DNA of 64,000 bases from Candidatus Cloacimonadales bacterium (lineage in GTDB: Bacteria; Cloacimonadota; Cloacimonadia; G963667145): assembly GCA_965228195.1 (NCBI GenBank), contig OZ245797.1, forward strand, positions 646,540 through 710,539, given 5' to 3'. How positions within the stretch are numbered: position 1 is the first letter of the stretch; each line of letters starts with the position of its first letter. Under the pieces are notes generated by a model. That model was not told the DNA's origin. It searched no databases and saw nothing but the letters and a program-made list of their open reading frames with translations. A program made the position numbers and the translations under genes. Positions 1 to 9,008 of this stretch are shown in pieces.

Positions 1-324
1 CTGGGTCATCCTCTTGCGGACAAACCCCAAGGTGGCAACCTGCGATGCTCCGCGGGAGACAGCGTCGTTTCTGATAGCCGCACTGACATCCACCCCGTCC
101 AGCAAAATCGTCTCTCCGTTGTCGGCAAAGCTGATCTTCAGCGCTCCCACCACCTCTTGCAGCAAAAACGAATCTTCCAGCTCGATGCCCATCTTTTGCA
201 GCTTCAAGGCGCAAGCCCTATACATTGCCCCTGTGTCTATATAGTTGATGCCCAGGGCCTTCGCCACCAGCTTAGCAGTGGTGCTTTTCCCCGAGGCGGC
301 AGGTCCATCTATGGCGATTATCAT
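1..324 (-). CDS. cmk: cytidylate kinase, N-terminal part (gene continues past the window edge)
   Basis: Minus-strand translation from the ATG at 322-324 gives MIIAIDGPAASGKSTTAKLVAKALGINYIDTGAMYRACALKL..., with the P-loop GPAASGKST typical of Cmk. The start overlaps the upstream gene's stop as ATGA. The ORF-track + strand ORFs here are antisense artefacts. Confidence 0.85.
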   Translation of the reverse strand, partial: MIIAIDGPAASGKSTTAKLVAKALGINYIDTGAMYRACALKLQKMGIELEDSFLLQEVVGALKISFADNGETILLDGVDVSAAIRNDAVSRGASQVATLGFVRKRMTQ

Positions 325-1022
325 ATCCTTCCCTCTAAATCTTTTAAATACGGATTGTGTTTTTTTTGCTCACCCAAGGTGGTTTGCTGTCCGTGTCCGG
401 GGTAAACCTGCAACTCATCTGGCAGGTCAAGTAGCCTTTTCTTGATCGAGTCCATGAGCTGGCGAAGGTCTCCGCCGGGCAAATCGCACCTGCCTACACT
501 CAGATCGAAAAGGGTGTCACCCGAGATGAGCACACCATCGCCCAAGAAACAAACCCCGCCCGGGGTGTGTCCAGGAGTGTGCAACACTGAAAGCCGCTGG
601 CTCCCCAAGGCGATCTTATCGCCGTCTTGCAAAAATCCGTCCGCCTTGGGCGAGATCACCTTTGAATCAAAAAATGCGCTCAAGTTAGCTTTGGCATCGG
701 TGAGCATCTGCTGGTCTGCCCGATGAATCAAGAGCTTCGCCTCTGGATAAGTCTTTTTGAAATACCCGTTGCCACCGATATGATCAGAGTGTCCGTGCGT
801 GTTCAAAATAAACAACAGCTCCAGCCCTTTTTGGGCAATAAACTCGCTAACTTCGCTGCCGGGTGCGGCAGGGTCGATCAACGCCGCCTTGCCACTGTTT
901 GGCTCGTAAACCAAATAGGTGTTCGTCTGGTAACCAGGCAACAAAACAAACTTTTCTATCTTCAACATAAACAACCTTCCTTGAATTTTGAAAAATAGCA
1001 AAATTCGAGGATTATCTGTCAA
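321..1022 (-). CDS. MBL-fold metallo-hydrolase (hydroxyacylglutathione hydrolase-like)
   Basis: 233 aa with the HGHSDHIGG (HxHxDH) metal-binding motif. Confidence 0.85.
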   Translation of the reverse strand: MTDNPRILLFFKIQGRLFMLKIEKFVLLPGYQTNTYLVYEPNSGKAALIDPAAPGSEVSEFIAQKGLELLFILNTHGHSDHIGGNGYFKKTYPEAKLLIHRADQQMLTDAKANLSAFFDSKVISPKADGFLQDGDKIALGSQRLSVLHTPGHTPGGVCFLGDGVLISGDTLFDLSVGRCDLPGGDLRQLMDSIKKRLLDLPDELQVYPGHGQQTTLGEQKKHNPYLKDLEGRI

Positions 1023-1062
1023 GTTCTTTAGCTGAATTTGAAGCGAAGAAAGGCAATATTTA

Positions 1063-1114
1063 TATGACCACTAAAATATAGTCTCAAATTTATAGCTTCA
1101 TTTTAGTGGTCATA
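1063..1114. repeat. perfect inverted repeat: 15-bp arms (tatgaccactaaaat / attttagtggtcata) separated by 22 nt
   Basis: Read directly in the sequence. It lies about 40 nt upstream of the MBL-hydrolase start codon, so it could be an operator or a bidirectional terminator. Confidence 0.5.
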
Positions 1115-1144
1115 AAATAAGAATTAAAAGTGAAAAATGAAAAT

Positions 1145-1267
1145 TTCACCTACGGTGGGTCTCCACCTTTTCCCATAAGTATCAAGGTAATATGTTCTTT
1201 TCTCCTGCGGAGGGCTTACTCTTTTCGGACTGCCGAAAAGAGTAACAGAAAAGACAGCTCCGCTTCA
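1145..1267. repeat. left composite repeat of AT-rich cassette
   Basis: Modules M1 (1145-1171, ttcacctacggtgggtctccacctttt), M2 (1202-1227, ctcctgcggagggcttactcttttcg), a 10-bp-stem hairpin (1219-1242) and M3 (1257-1267). All three modules recur reverse-complemented at 2562-2679. Confidence 0.55.
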
Positions 1268-1536
1268 GAGCGCCAGCGACGGGGCGTGTCACCAGCAGAG
1301 TAAAAAAGTGTGGTTGTTCCCGCTTATTACCCGTAGTCTTGTCATTTTTGATATTTGGCTTTGCACCTCTATTTAGAAAGTGGTTGGTGTCACTGGCTTA
1401 ACAAAGTAACGAAAAGGGGCTAATTTCCCTTTAAGCGGAGAGTTTTCCCACCCTAAAGTTAGCACTAGCTTTGCTGGCGTTTTTTTTGTTAAAAAATTAT
1501 TTAATTGACAGAAAAATTTGGGCAAGTTTTCTTGGT

Positions 1537-1545
1537 TGCTATAAT
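1537..1545 (+). promoter_or_regulatory. putative extended -10 promoter element (TGcTATAAT)
   Basis: tgctataat lies 120 nt upstream of the ORF at 1669. There is no good -35, but the extended -10 may compensate. Confidence 0.3.
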
Positions 1546-1668
1546 GAAAATATGAAAAATACAGATAGCAAGACAAATAGAGTGATATACAATGATGATA
1601 GTGAGCAATTATCAAACATAGCGTATTTTAACTGTGTCTTAATATAAAATAACAATTTAGAGGAAAAA

Positions 1669-2124
1669 ATGATTACATCAGCAAAAGGTCATAATGGTCA
1701 AATTGAGGTTTATGAGAACAAAATAATCATAAAAAGAAAAGGATTGCTGGCATTTGCCACTCAGGGTTTTAAAGGTGAAAAAGAAATATTTATAAATCAA
1801 ATTTCGTCTGTTCAACTAAAAAAAGCAAGTATGCTTATCAATGGCTATATACAATTTACATTCATGGGTGGAAAAGAGGCAAAGGGTGGATTATTTCAAG
1901 CAGGATCAGATGAAAATTCTGTACTGTTTAGGGTTAGTCAACAAAAAGATTTTGAAAAAGTAAAATCTGCAATTGAAAATATTATTTCAAAATCTTTAGT
2001 TAATAATACCCAACAAAGTGGGTCTTCTGCTGATGAAATCAAAAAGTTTGTTAAACTTAAAAATGAAGGTGTGATAACAGAAGAAGAGTTTCAGAAAAAG
2101 AAAAAGGAATTATTAGGACTATAA
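1669..2124 (+). CDS. small protein with an N-terminal bacterial PH-like domain and a C-terminal SHOCT domain (hypothetical)
   Basis: 151 aa. RBS AGGA lies 7 nt upstream. The C-terminus EIKKFVKLKNEGVITEEEFQKKKKELL is a SHOCT-like motif. GC is about 33%, far below the neighbouring genes. Confidence 0.6.
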   Translation: MITSAKGHNGQIEVYENKIIIKRKGLLAFATQGFKGEKEIFINQISSVQLKKASMLINGYIQFTFMGGKEAKGGLFQAGSDENSVLFRVSQQKDFEKVKSAIENIISKSLVNNTQQSGSSADEIKKFVKLKNEGVITEEEFQKKKKELLGL

Positions 2125-2311
2125 AACTGACACTGCAGATCGTTTCTACGCATAATGTCCAGCAAGCGATAACGCCAAATTTTGATGCCAAACTCCTCTT
2201 GCGAATATTTAAGGCGCCTTCGGCTTGGGCTACACCACATTTTTGCGGTACAAAAAAGAAGTATGGGGTTGCGGTGGAATTTTTCATTTTTAACTCTTAA
2301 TTTTTTCTTTT

Positions 2312-2371
2312 CTGACCTGACCACATAAATGAAGTCTTGATTGATTAGCCGTATTTATGTGGTCAGGTCAG
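2312..2371. repeat. long perfect palindrome (19-bp stem, 22-nt loop), possible terminator
   Basis: ctgacctgaccacataaat ... atttatgtggtcaggtcag. It sits downstream of the SHOCT ORF, with only a weak T-run after it. Confidence 0.45.
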
Positions 2372-2561
2372 ATTTGGGGTGGCACTCTCCGCTTCATCGG
2401 GGTCACTTTTTTTCCTTTCTTGGTCGAGCAGAGACACTTGGCACTTTATCTAGGTATTAAAAACGCAAGACCAAAGTGATTCGCCCAGTCAGGAAAAAAT
2501 CTCGGAGATGCTCCCCGCCACGGTAATCTTTAAGACATCTCACGACCTGTCTCTAGCGAGT

Positions 2562-2679
2562 TGAAGCGGAGCGGTTTTCTTTTCCCCTCCATCTTTTCGT
2601 TGAGCGGTCAACGAAAAGGTGGAGACCCACCGTAGGTGAACCACTCGTCAAAACGAAAAGAGTAAGCCCTCCGCAGGAG
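2562..2679. repeat. right composite repeat of AT-rich cassette (reverse complement of modules M3, M1, M2)
   Basis: rc(M3) 2562-2572, an 11-bp-stem hairpin 2593-2618, rc(M1) 2614-2640 and rc(M2) 2654-2679 are each 100% identical to the left-end modules. Confidence 0.55.
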
Positions 2680-2750
2680 TAAACAAAAATAATTTACTTA
2701 ACAAAATAAGGAAAGGAGAGGGTGCTTACCTGCCCCGCAAAAAAAAAACA

Positions 2751-2787
2751 GATTAGCTCTGTCTTTTGATAATAGACAGAGCTAATC
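2751..2787. terminator. 14-bp perfect-stem hairpin (gattagctctgtct / agacagagctaatc)
   Basis: Read directly in the sequence. It lies between the cassette and ssrA, preceded by an A10 run and followed by aatttt. Confidence 0.35.
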
Positions 2788-2848
2788 GGGCAATTTTGCT
2801 AAAATCGGAAAAATCTATTGACAATCTACCGCCTCAGAAAACCTTTTT

Positions 2849-2877
2849 TACTCAAAATCAAAAGAGGAACTTATATT
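2849..2877 (+). promoter_or_regulatory. possible ssrA promoter (-10 tatatt at 2872-2877, weak -35)
   Basis: tatatt lies 8 nt upstream of the mature tmRNA 5' G. The -35 is poor. tmRNA is processed by RNase P, so transcription could start further upstream; a consensus ttgaca sits at 2818-2823. Confidence 0.25.
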
Positions 2878-2885
2878 AAACACCA

Positions 2886-3256
2886 GGGGGTGAAACTGGT
2901 TTAGACAGAGGTTTTAAGCGACTATCGGTGCATATCGGGCAATGTTTGGCAATCCCGTAAAACTGTTCCAAGCAAACTCAAAGTAGACGGAAACGATAAC
3001 TACGCAATGGCTGCCTAATTAAGGCGCCTGTCTCATCGAGAAGGTTTTTGACCACTTCTTGATAACCGAGGCATCATTTTTGGTCGAATCAGCAAAAGAG
3101 GTCGGTTTTCGCTTTTTTTGTGAAACTTTTTAGAAAGCTCGCCAGAGGATTTAGGTTGATTGTTCCCTTGCCTTTGGTTAAATTAAAACAACTAAGTATG
3201 TAGATCCGACAGCGGTTGACTTTTGGACGCGAGTTCGACTCTCGCCACCTCCACCA
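2886..3256 (+). ncRNA. ssrA: tmRNA (transfer-messenger RNA, SsrA)
   Basis: The 5' end GGGGGTGAAACTGGTTTAGACAG resembles the E. coli tmRNA 5' end. The 3' end carries a T-arm (gcgag-TTCGACT-ctcgc), the acceptor strand CACCTCC and CCA, and pairs with the 5' GGGGGTG. An internal tag ORF ...GAC GGA AAC GAT AAC TAC GCA ATG GCT GCC TAA encodes (D)GNDNYAMAA, resembling ANDENYALAA. Total length is 371 nt. Confidence 0.9.
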
Positions 3257-3286
3257 TTTTAATAATTTTAGGGAGAGTATCTATTA

Positions 3287-5937
3287 TGAAAATCAATCTA
3301 ACTATCGACGGGAAAAGTTACGTTGGTAAACAAGGGCAAACTGTTTTGGAAGTTTGCCGTGAGAACGACATCTTCGTGCCTACTTTTTGTCACGACCAAA
3401 GGCTAAAACCATACACATCTTGCTTCATCTGCATCGTGGAAGTAAAAGGCGACCGAGGCAAGTTCTCGCCATCTTGTTCCACCCAGATCCAAGAAGGTAT
3501 GGAGGTCACCACCGACTCTGATGAGATCAGATCAACTCGCAAGATGAATCTGGAGCTTTTGCTCTCTAACCACCTTGGCGATTGCTACGCCCCCTGCACG
3601 ATGGAGTGTCCCAGCACCGTAGATATTCCCGGCTACATCTCGATGATCTCCAGAGGGATGTACAAAGAGGCTGTGCGCCTGATAAGAGAAGAGAACCCTT
3701 TGCCGCTGGTGTGTGGCAGAGTTTGTGCTAGACCTTGCGAGGATGTTTGTCGCCGACACAACATCGACTCCGAGGTTGCTATCGATTGGCTAAAAAGGTT
3801 TGCCACCGATTACGAGCGTAGCCACGGCGGACCACTGCGCATCAACAAAGAGAACTCCACTGGCAAGAAGGTTGCCGTTATCGGCTCAGGACCAGGCGGA
3901 CTGGCTTGTGCCTACTATCTTTCCCTGCAAGGCCACTCTCCGGTAATTTTCGAGAAGTTACCTGAGCCGGGCGGAATGCTTCGTTACGGCATACCTGCCT
4001 ATCGGATGCCTCGTGATCTACTCAGAGAAGAGATCGACTACCTTTTGAGCTACGGCTCGGAACTTCGTTGCAACCAAGCTTTGGGCAAAGATTTTAGCAT
4101 CGCCGAGTTACAAAAAGATTACGACGCCATCTTCTTGGCTACCGGCGCTCAAAACGGCTCTTCGGCAAGAGCAGAGAACGAAGAGTTGGCACTGCAAGGT
4201 GTTGACTTTTTGCGAAAACTGAATTTGGGCGACGCTTACGATTTTGAAGGCAAGACCGTGGTGGTGCTGGGTGGTGGAAACACCGCTATCGACTGCGCTC
4301 GCTCATCTGTCCGTTTGGGAGCCAAGAAAGTTATCTTGGCTTATCGTAGAACCGAAAAAGAGATGCCGGCTGCCGACAACGAAATCGTCGATGCCAGAGA
4401 AGAAGGCATTCAGATCAAAGAGCTTTGCGCTCCGCAAAAATTTAACGGCGAGTCTGATAACCTCAAATCTATCACCTTAGATTTGATGAAGCTGGGCGAG
4501 CCCGACGACTCGGGCAGAAGAAGACCGGTAAAAACTGGCGAGCAAGAAGATCTGCTTTGCGATATCGCCATTGCCGCTATCGGACAAAAAGTTGACCCGA
4601 TCGGCTTAGACGGCGTAGATCTGGAAAGCTGGGGAACGATCAAATACGAGCAAAGTTTTGCTACCAATGTTGAGGGCATCTTCACCGGTGGCGACGCTGC
4701 CCGTGGTCCTGGTATAGCTATCCAAGCCATCGCCGATGGCAAACTAGCTGCCCGCTCGATCAACCAATACCTAAAAGGTGAGGCTGTCACAGCCAAAGAC
4801 GCTTACGACGATTTGGGCTTCTACATCAAAAGAAGCGACCTCCTTTCCAAGAAAGAGCTCAAAGAGTATCTATCCGACAGAGAGTCTTTGCCAAAGTGTG
4901 AAATGCCGATGATCGAACCCAAAGAGAGGGTGAAATCTTGGGACGAAGTAGAAAAAGGACTAGACCTGCAGACCGCCCTCAAAGAGGCTGAAAGATGCTT
5001 GGAGTGCGGATGCCAAGATGTTGGCGAGTGCAAACTCAAGAAATACGCCGAGATCTACTCTGCCGATTGCACCAGATTTAAAGGCGAGGTGGATATCAAC
5101 CCCACCGACCAATCTCACCCATATCTTGCCCACGACCCAGCCAAGTGCATCTTGTGCGGAAGTTGTGTGAGGATTTGCCAAGATCTAGAAGGCGTCAACG
5201 CCCTGGGCTACACCAACCGCGGCTTTGCCTCGATTGTTCAAACCGACTTCAACGACGGCTTCAAGCTCTCTCGCTGTATCGGCTGTGGCGCCTGTATAGA
5301 AGCTTGCCCGGTGGGAGCTTTGACCGAGAAAGTTACCAGCGGACACCAAGGTCCCTTAAAAGGCGAGATCGTCGCTGGCACTTGCCACGCTTGCGGAGAT
5401 GAGTGTGCTATCCAGATAGAGAAGATCGATAACACCATCGTCAAGGTAAGCGCCGACAAAGACAAAGGACTGGGTCTCATCTGTAAAAAAGGCAAATTTG
5501 CCTTCACCAGCGAACAAAAAGATGACCAGACTATTGACGACTCTTTGCGCCAAAAGTTAGCACTTTGCCAAGATTTAAAGACGATAAGCGGTGATGAGCT
5601 GAAGAGTCAAACCATCTTTTACCTAGGCTCAACCAGCGAAGAGTTCAACTCTGTCAGCCAAAGGGTGCTTTACCAAGGCAGCTACTATCTGTATCACACC
5701 CAACCTTCTTTCCTTGAGAAAAATGCACTTGCTTGCTTCACTGACCAAGACGAAATTTTGAAAAAAGCGGTCGCAGAAAAGGGTCTGGTAGTGGTTAATC
5801 CGGTGGCTTTTAGCAAAGATAAACTGCAAAATATCATCTCTGTTTGCCAAAAAAACAGTTTGCCGTTGAAACTGCAATCGCCCATCTCTAACTCACTGGA
5901 AAGATGTAACTTAAAACCATACAGCTTTGAAGCTTAA
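3287..5937 (+). CDS. multi-domain iron-sulfur flavoprotein with an N-terminal 2Fe-2S domain, a GltD-like domain and NuoG/Fdh-N-like FeS domains
   Basis: True start is MKINLTIDG at 3287, because the ORF-track 3223 start overlaps tmRNA. The N-terminus carries CxxxxC..CxxC motifs. The GltD region includes GSGPGGLACAY and a second Rossmann segment VVVLGGGNTAIDCA. HxxxCxxC, CILCGSCVRIC, CIGCGACIEAC and a C-terminal CHACGDEC follow. The C-terminal ~200 aa have no recognised motif. Confidence 0.8.
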
Positions 5938-6044
5938 TAAGCTAAATAACTGAAAGATAGTATTTTTATTGTTATTTTCTATTGACAGATTGCCGAGCTA
6001 GCTTTGCAGATGGTAAAAAATCAACCTACACATAAGGAGAAATT

Positions 6045-6317
6045 ATGACGAGAGAAGAAATTGTAAGTAAAATTGCAAAAGATGCTGAGATTAACAAAAA
6101 ACAAGCCGCCAGTGCTCTTTCTTCTTTTTTAGCAAGTGTTACTGACGCTTTGGCTAAAAAAGATAAGGTCGCTTTGGTTGGATTTGGCACTTTTTCGGTA
6201 AAACACAGATCCGAGAGAGCCGGTAGAAATCCACAAACTGGAGCTAGCATCACTATCCCAGAAAGAGATGTACCTTCTTTCAAAGCTGGTAAAGGCTTGA
6301 AAGACGCTGTAAAATAG
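6045..6317 (+). CDS. hup: DNA-binding protein HU
   Basis: 90 aa. MTREEIVSKIAKDAEINKKQA...FGTFSVKHRSERAGRNPQTGASITIP is a typical HU family sequence. RBS AAGGAGA is present. Confidence 0.9.
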   Translation: MTREEIVSKIAKDAEINKKQAASALSSFLASVTDALAKKDKVALVGFGTFSVKHRSERAGRNPQTGASITIPERDVPSFKAGKGLKDAVK

Positions 6318-6342
6318 TTACTACCAAATTGAAAAAAAACAA

Positions 6343-6386
6343 GGCAAGAGCTTTGAACTTAGTTTTAAACTCTTGCCTCTTGTTTT
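6343..6386 (+). terminator. putative rho-independent terminator after hup
   Basis: The stem ggcaagag/ctcttgcc is followed by tcttgtttt. Confidence 0.4.
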
Positions 6387-6507
6387 AAACTTTAGCTTGA
6401 GAGCCTTAATAGTTTTGCCTGGTTTTTTAGTGAAGTCAGCAAACCATTAAGGTTTTTACACTCTTAAGATACAGCCCCCTTGAAGGAGATTGTCGTAAGG
6501 AGACGAA

Positions 6508-7635
6508 ATGAAATTTTCTATAGAAAAAAAAGATATTGCCAATAAAATCGCCCATCTGGTGACCGTTGTGCCGAGCAAAAACGCTATGGCTATTTTGACC
6601 ACTTTTCTTTTGGAAGCAGATCAAGACGAAGAGACCGTTACTATCAGTGCCTCCGATATGGATATTACCGTCACGGCGAAGATCAAGGCGAATGTGCTGG
6701 AGTCGGGCAAGACTGCCATTCCGGCTAAATATTTCAGCGACATCGTTGCGGCTCTACCCAGTAGCACCATCTACATCCAACAAAACGAAAACAAGCTCAA
6801 GATAAACTGCGGAAACTCCAAGTTCTCCACCCCGATTATCGAAGACTTTTCGGTGTTCCCCATCATCCCCAAGATCGACTTCTCCAAGGCGATCGAGTTC
6901 GAGATGGATATGTTCACCAGGATGATCTCCAACACATCTTTTGCCGTTTCCAACCGCATCAACTCACCGGTGCTCAACGGTATCTTTTGGCAACTAAGCC
7001 CCCAAGGGCAAATAATGGTCGCCACAGACGCCAGCAAGATTGCCGAGGTGACCATCAAAGAAAATTTGAGCGTCTCTGAGGAGCTGAGCAAGATTATGCC
7101 GGTGAAGACGACTCTGTTTATCAGCAAGATCCTCGATGAGAAAAGCAACAACATCAAGGTGCTTTTTGAAGAGAACAGAATCGTGTTCAACTACGAAAAT
7201 TTCACCATCTTCTCGCATGTGATCGAGGGCGAGTTCCCCGACTACAAGAGAGCTTTCCAAGTGGAAAACGACAGCGTTTTGGTGCTGAACCGCACCGAGA
7301 TCAGCGACGCCATCAAACGCGTCTCTTTGGCGTCGTCCGATATAGATTTTCGGGTGCTGCTGTCTATCAAAGAGGACGGAGTTACCTTGAGCTCTTCCAA
7401 CGACGAGAAAGGGTTTGGTAGCGAAGATCTGCAAGCCGTGGAGGTCAAATCGGAGCCGATGGAGGTTACACTCAACTACAAGTTTTTGCTCTCCATCTTG
7501 AACGTCATCACCAGTGAGAATGTGAAGATTTGCCTGAAAAGCTCCACCGAGGCGATCCTTATCTACAACCAAGAGCAAGTGGACGAAAACTTTAGTTCCC
7601 GCTTCCTTTTGATGCCCCTGAGGGTGAGAGGATAA
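6508..7635 (+). CDS. dnaN: DNA polymerase III beta subunit (sliding clamp)
   Basis: 375 aa. MKFSIEKKDIANKIAHLVTVVPSK... matches the clamp domain pattern. RBS AAGGAGA is present. Confidence 0.9.
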   Translation: MKFSIEKKDIANKIAHLVTVVPSKNAMAILTTFLLEADQDEETVTISASDMDITVTAKIKANVLESGKTAIPAKYFSDIVAALPSSTIYIQQNENKLKINCGNSKFSTPIIEDFSVFPIIPKIDFSKAIEFEMDMFTRMISNTSFAVSNRINSPVLNGIFWQLSPQGQIMVATDASKIAEVTIKENLSVSEELSKIMPVKTTLFISKILDEKSNNIKVLFEENRIVFNYENFTIFSHVIEGEFPDYKRAFQVENDSVLVLNRTEISDAIKRVSLASSDIDFRVLLSIKEDGVTLSSSNDEKGFGSEDLQAVEVKSEPMEVTLNYKFLLSILNVITSENVKICLKSSTEAILIYNQEQVDENFSSRFLLMPLRVRG

Positions 7636-7642
7636 CACTTTT

Positions 7643-8734
7643 TTGATGTTTTTGCCAAAAGCGTTTAAGAAAGGAGAAGTTTTTCTCCTTTTTTTTCTGT
7701 TTGGTTTTTCGTCTCTTTTTGGTTTAGAAAAAGCTGTTTGGGCGACGCCTTGGGATATCCAAGATAAACAAAGCATCGATCGAATGCTGGACAAAGCCAA
7801 AAAGTGCGGGATAAACACCATCATCGCCGAGGCTCGCTATCGCGGCGACGCTCTTTACTTTCCCAACAAGTTCGACAACGCTCATCCCAACAACGAACCT
7901 CGCCACTACAACCTCAGCCAAGACGGCTTCGACCCGCTGGGTTACCTCTCTAGGGTCTGCCCACAAAAAGGGCTGAAGCTAATTGCCTGGCTGACCACTT
8001 TCGTGGTTACGGGCAACAAGGTGGACAACATCGGTCTGGAGCACCCCTATCTGCGCCACAACTACTGGATAACCTGCAATCAGGCAGGCAAAAGGATGTT
8101 GCCACACAGCGAAGAGGGAGCTTACTTCGATCCGGCAATTCCCGAGGTGCAAGAGTATCTTTACAACATCTATATGGATGTGGTGAGCAACTACCAGCTA
8201 GATGGCATCCAGATGGACTATATCCGCTATCCAAACGAAAAATATGGCTACAATCCCCAAGCTATGAAGATCTTCCAAGAGAGTAACTACAGCGACTACC
8301 AAAGCTTCAAACGAGACAACATCAGCAGCTTCGTGGAAAAAGTTTATCGGGGAGCCAAAACCATCAACCCCAAGATAGAGGTGTCCACTGCCGTTTTTGC
8401 CAACTACGACGACGCCTACCACACCAGAAGCCAAGATTGGGTCGCCTGGCTCAAAGAAGATATCGTGGACAAGGTTTATCTGATGGCTTACGCCCAAGAG
8501 GACGAGATTATCAAGAAGCAGTTAGAGTTCGCTACTTCCCTAAACAAAAGCGATAAAATCGTGTTTGGACTGCGCGCTTGGGACGAAGAAAACGATTACA
8601 CAGGAAGAGAGCTGCTGACAAAGATCAGGCTAACTTTGGCAAAGAGGTTTTCGGGAATAGCTTTTTTCAGCTACTACGGGATCAAAACGCAAAACTACTA
8701 CTGGTTTATCAAAAGGGGACTAAATGGACAGTGA
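7643..8734 (+). CDS. glycoside-hydrolase-like family 10 (GHL10/DUF187, YngK-like) secreted protein
   Basis: Signal peptide present. DGIQMDYIRYP is the characteristic GHL10 motif. Confidence 0.7.
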   Translation: MMFLPKAFKKGEVFLLFFLFGFSSLFGLEKAVWATPWDIQDKQSIDRMLDKAKKCGINTIIAEARYRGDALYFPNKFDNAHPNNEPRHYNLSQDGFDPLGYLSRVCPQKGLKLIAWLTTFVVTGNKVDNIGLEHPYLRHNYWITCNQAGKRMLPHSEEGAYFDPAIPEVQEYLYNIYMDVVSNYQLDGIQMDYIRYPNEKYGYNPQAMKIFQESNYSDYQSFKRDNISSFVEKVYRGAKTINPKIEVSTAVFANYDDAYHTRSQDWVAWLKEDIVDKVYLMAYAQEDEIIKKQLEFATSLNKSDKIVFGLRAWDEENDYTGRELLTKIRLTLAKRFSGIAFFSYYGIKTQNYYWFIKRGLNGQ

Positions 8735-9008
8735 AAAAAGTTGGATGCGAATCGACGCCCTGCTGAACAAACTTTGCTTGACCAAGACCAGATCGATCGC
8801 CCAAAAAGCTTGCCAAAAATCTTTGGTGAGACTCAATGGGAAAGTGGTCAAACCGTCGGAAAAAGTTTTTGTTGCCGATAGAATCGAATTTTGTTTGGCT
8901 GGCTACACAAAAATCGTTGACATCTTACAGATTCCCAAGGGTAATGTTTCCAAAAATAACAGTGTTAATTTTTACACACTAATCGAAAATAGGAGAGACG
9001 ATGAGTGA
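8724..9008 (+). CDS. S4-domain RNA-binding protein (Hsp15/YlmH-like)
   Basis: 94 aa. WMRIDALLNKLCLTKTRSIAQKACQKSLVRLNGKVVKPSEKV is an S4-fold pattern. Confidence 0.55.
   Translation: MDSEKSWMRIDALLNKLCLTKTRSIAQKACQKSLVRLNGKVVKPSEKVFVADRIEFCLAGYTKIVDILQIPKGNVSKNNSVNFYTLIENRRDDE

Noticed and set aside
14-445. Three + strand ORFs (76, 82 and 66 aa) at the left edge
   Set aside because: They are antisense to the clearly conserved cmk and MBL-hydrolase coding sequences, which are coupled through an ATGA overlap.
2818-2823. Consensus ttgaca upstream of ssrA as its -35
   Set aside because: No acceptable -10 lies 16-19 bp downstream. It could still serve a precursor transcript processed by RNase P, so it is recorded only as a note.
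1023-2885. Possible RNase P RNA, SRP RNA or 6S RNA in the long non-coding stretch
   Set aside because: I looked for conserved cores (GGAAAGTCCGG, AGGTCAGGTCCGGAAGGAAGCAGC-like) and found none. The ggtcaggtcag at the right arm of the 2312-2371 palindrome is only a chance partial match.
3223-3286. ORF-track N-terminal extension (MDASSTLATSTILIILGRVSI) of the 904-aa protein
   Set aside because: It lies entirely within the tmRNA 3' domain (T-arm/CCA). The ATG at 3287 is the better start.
6994-7824. 276-aa minus-strand ORF
   Set aside because: It is antisense to dnaN and the GHL10 gene. It has no motif and Arg/His-rich composition typical of antisense frames.
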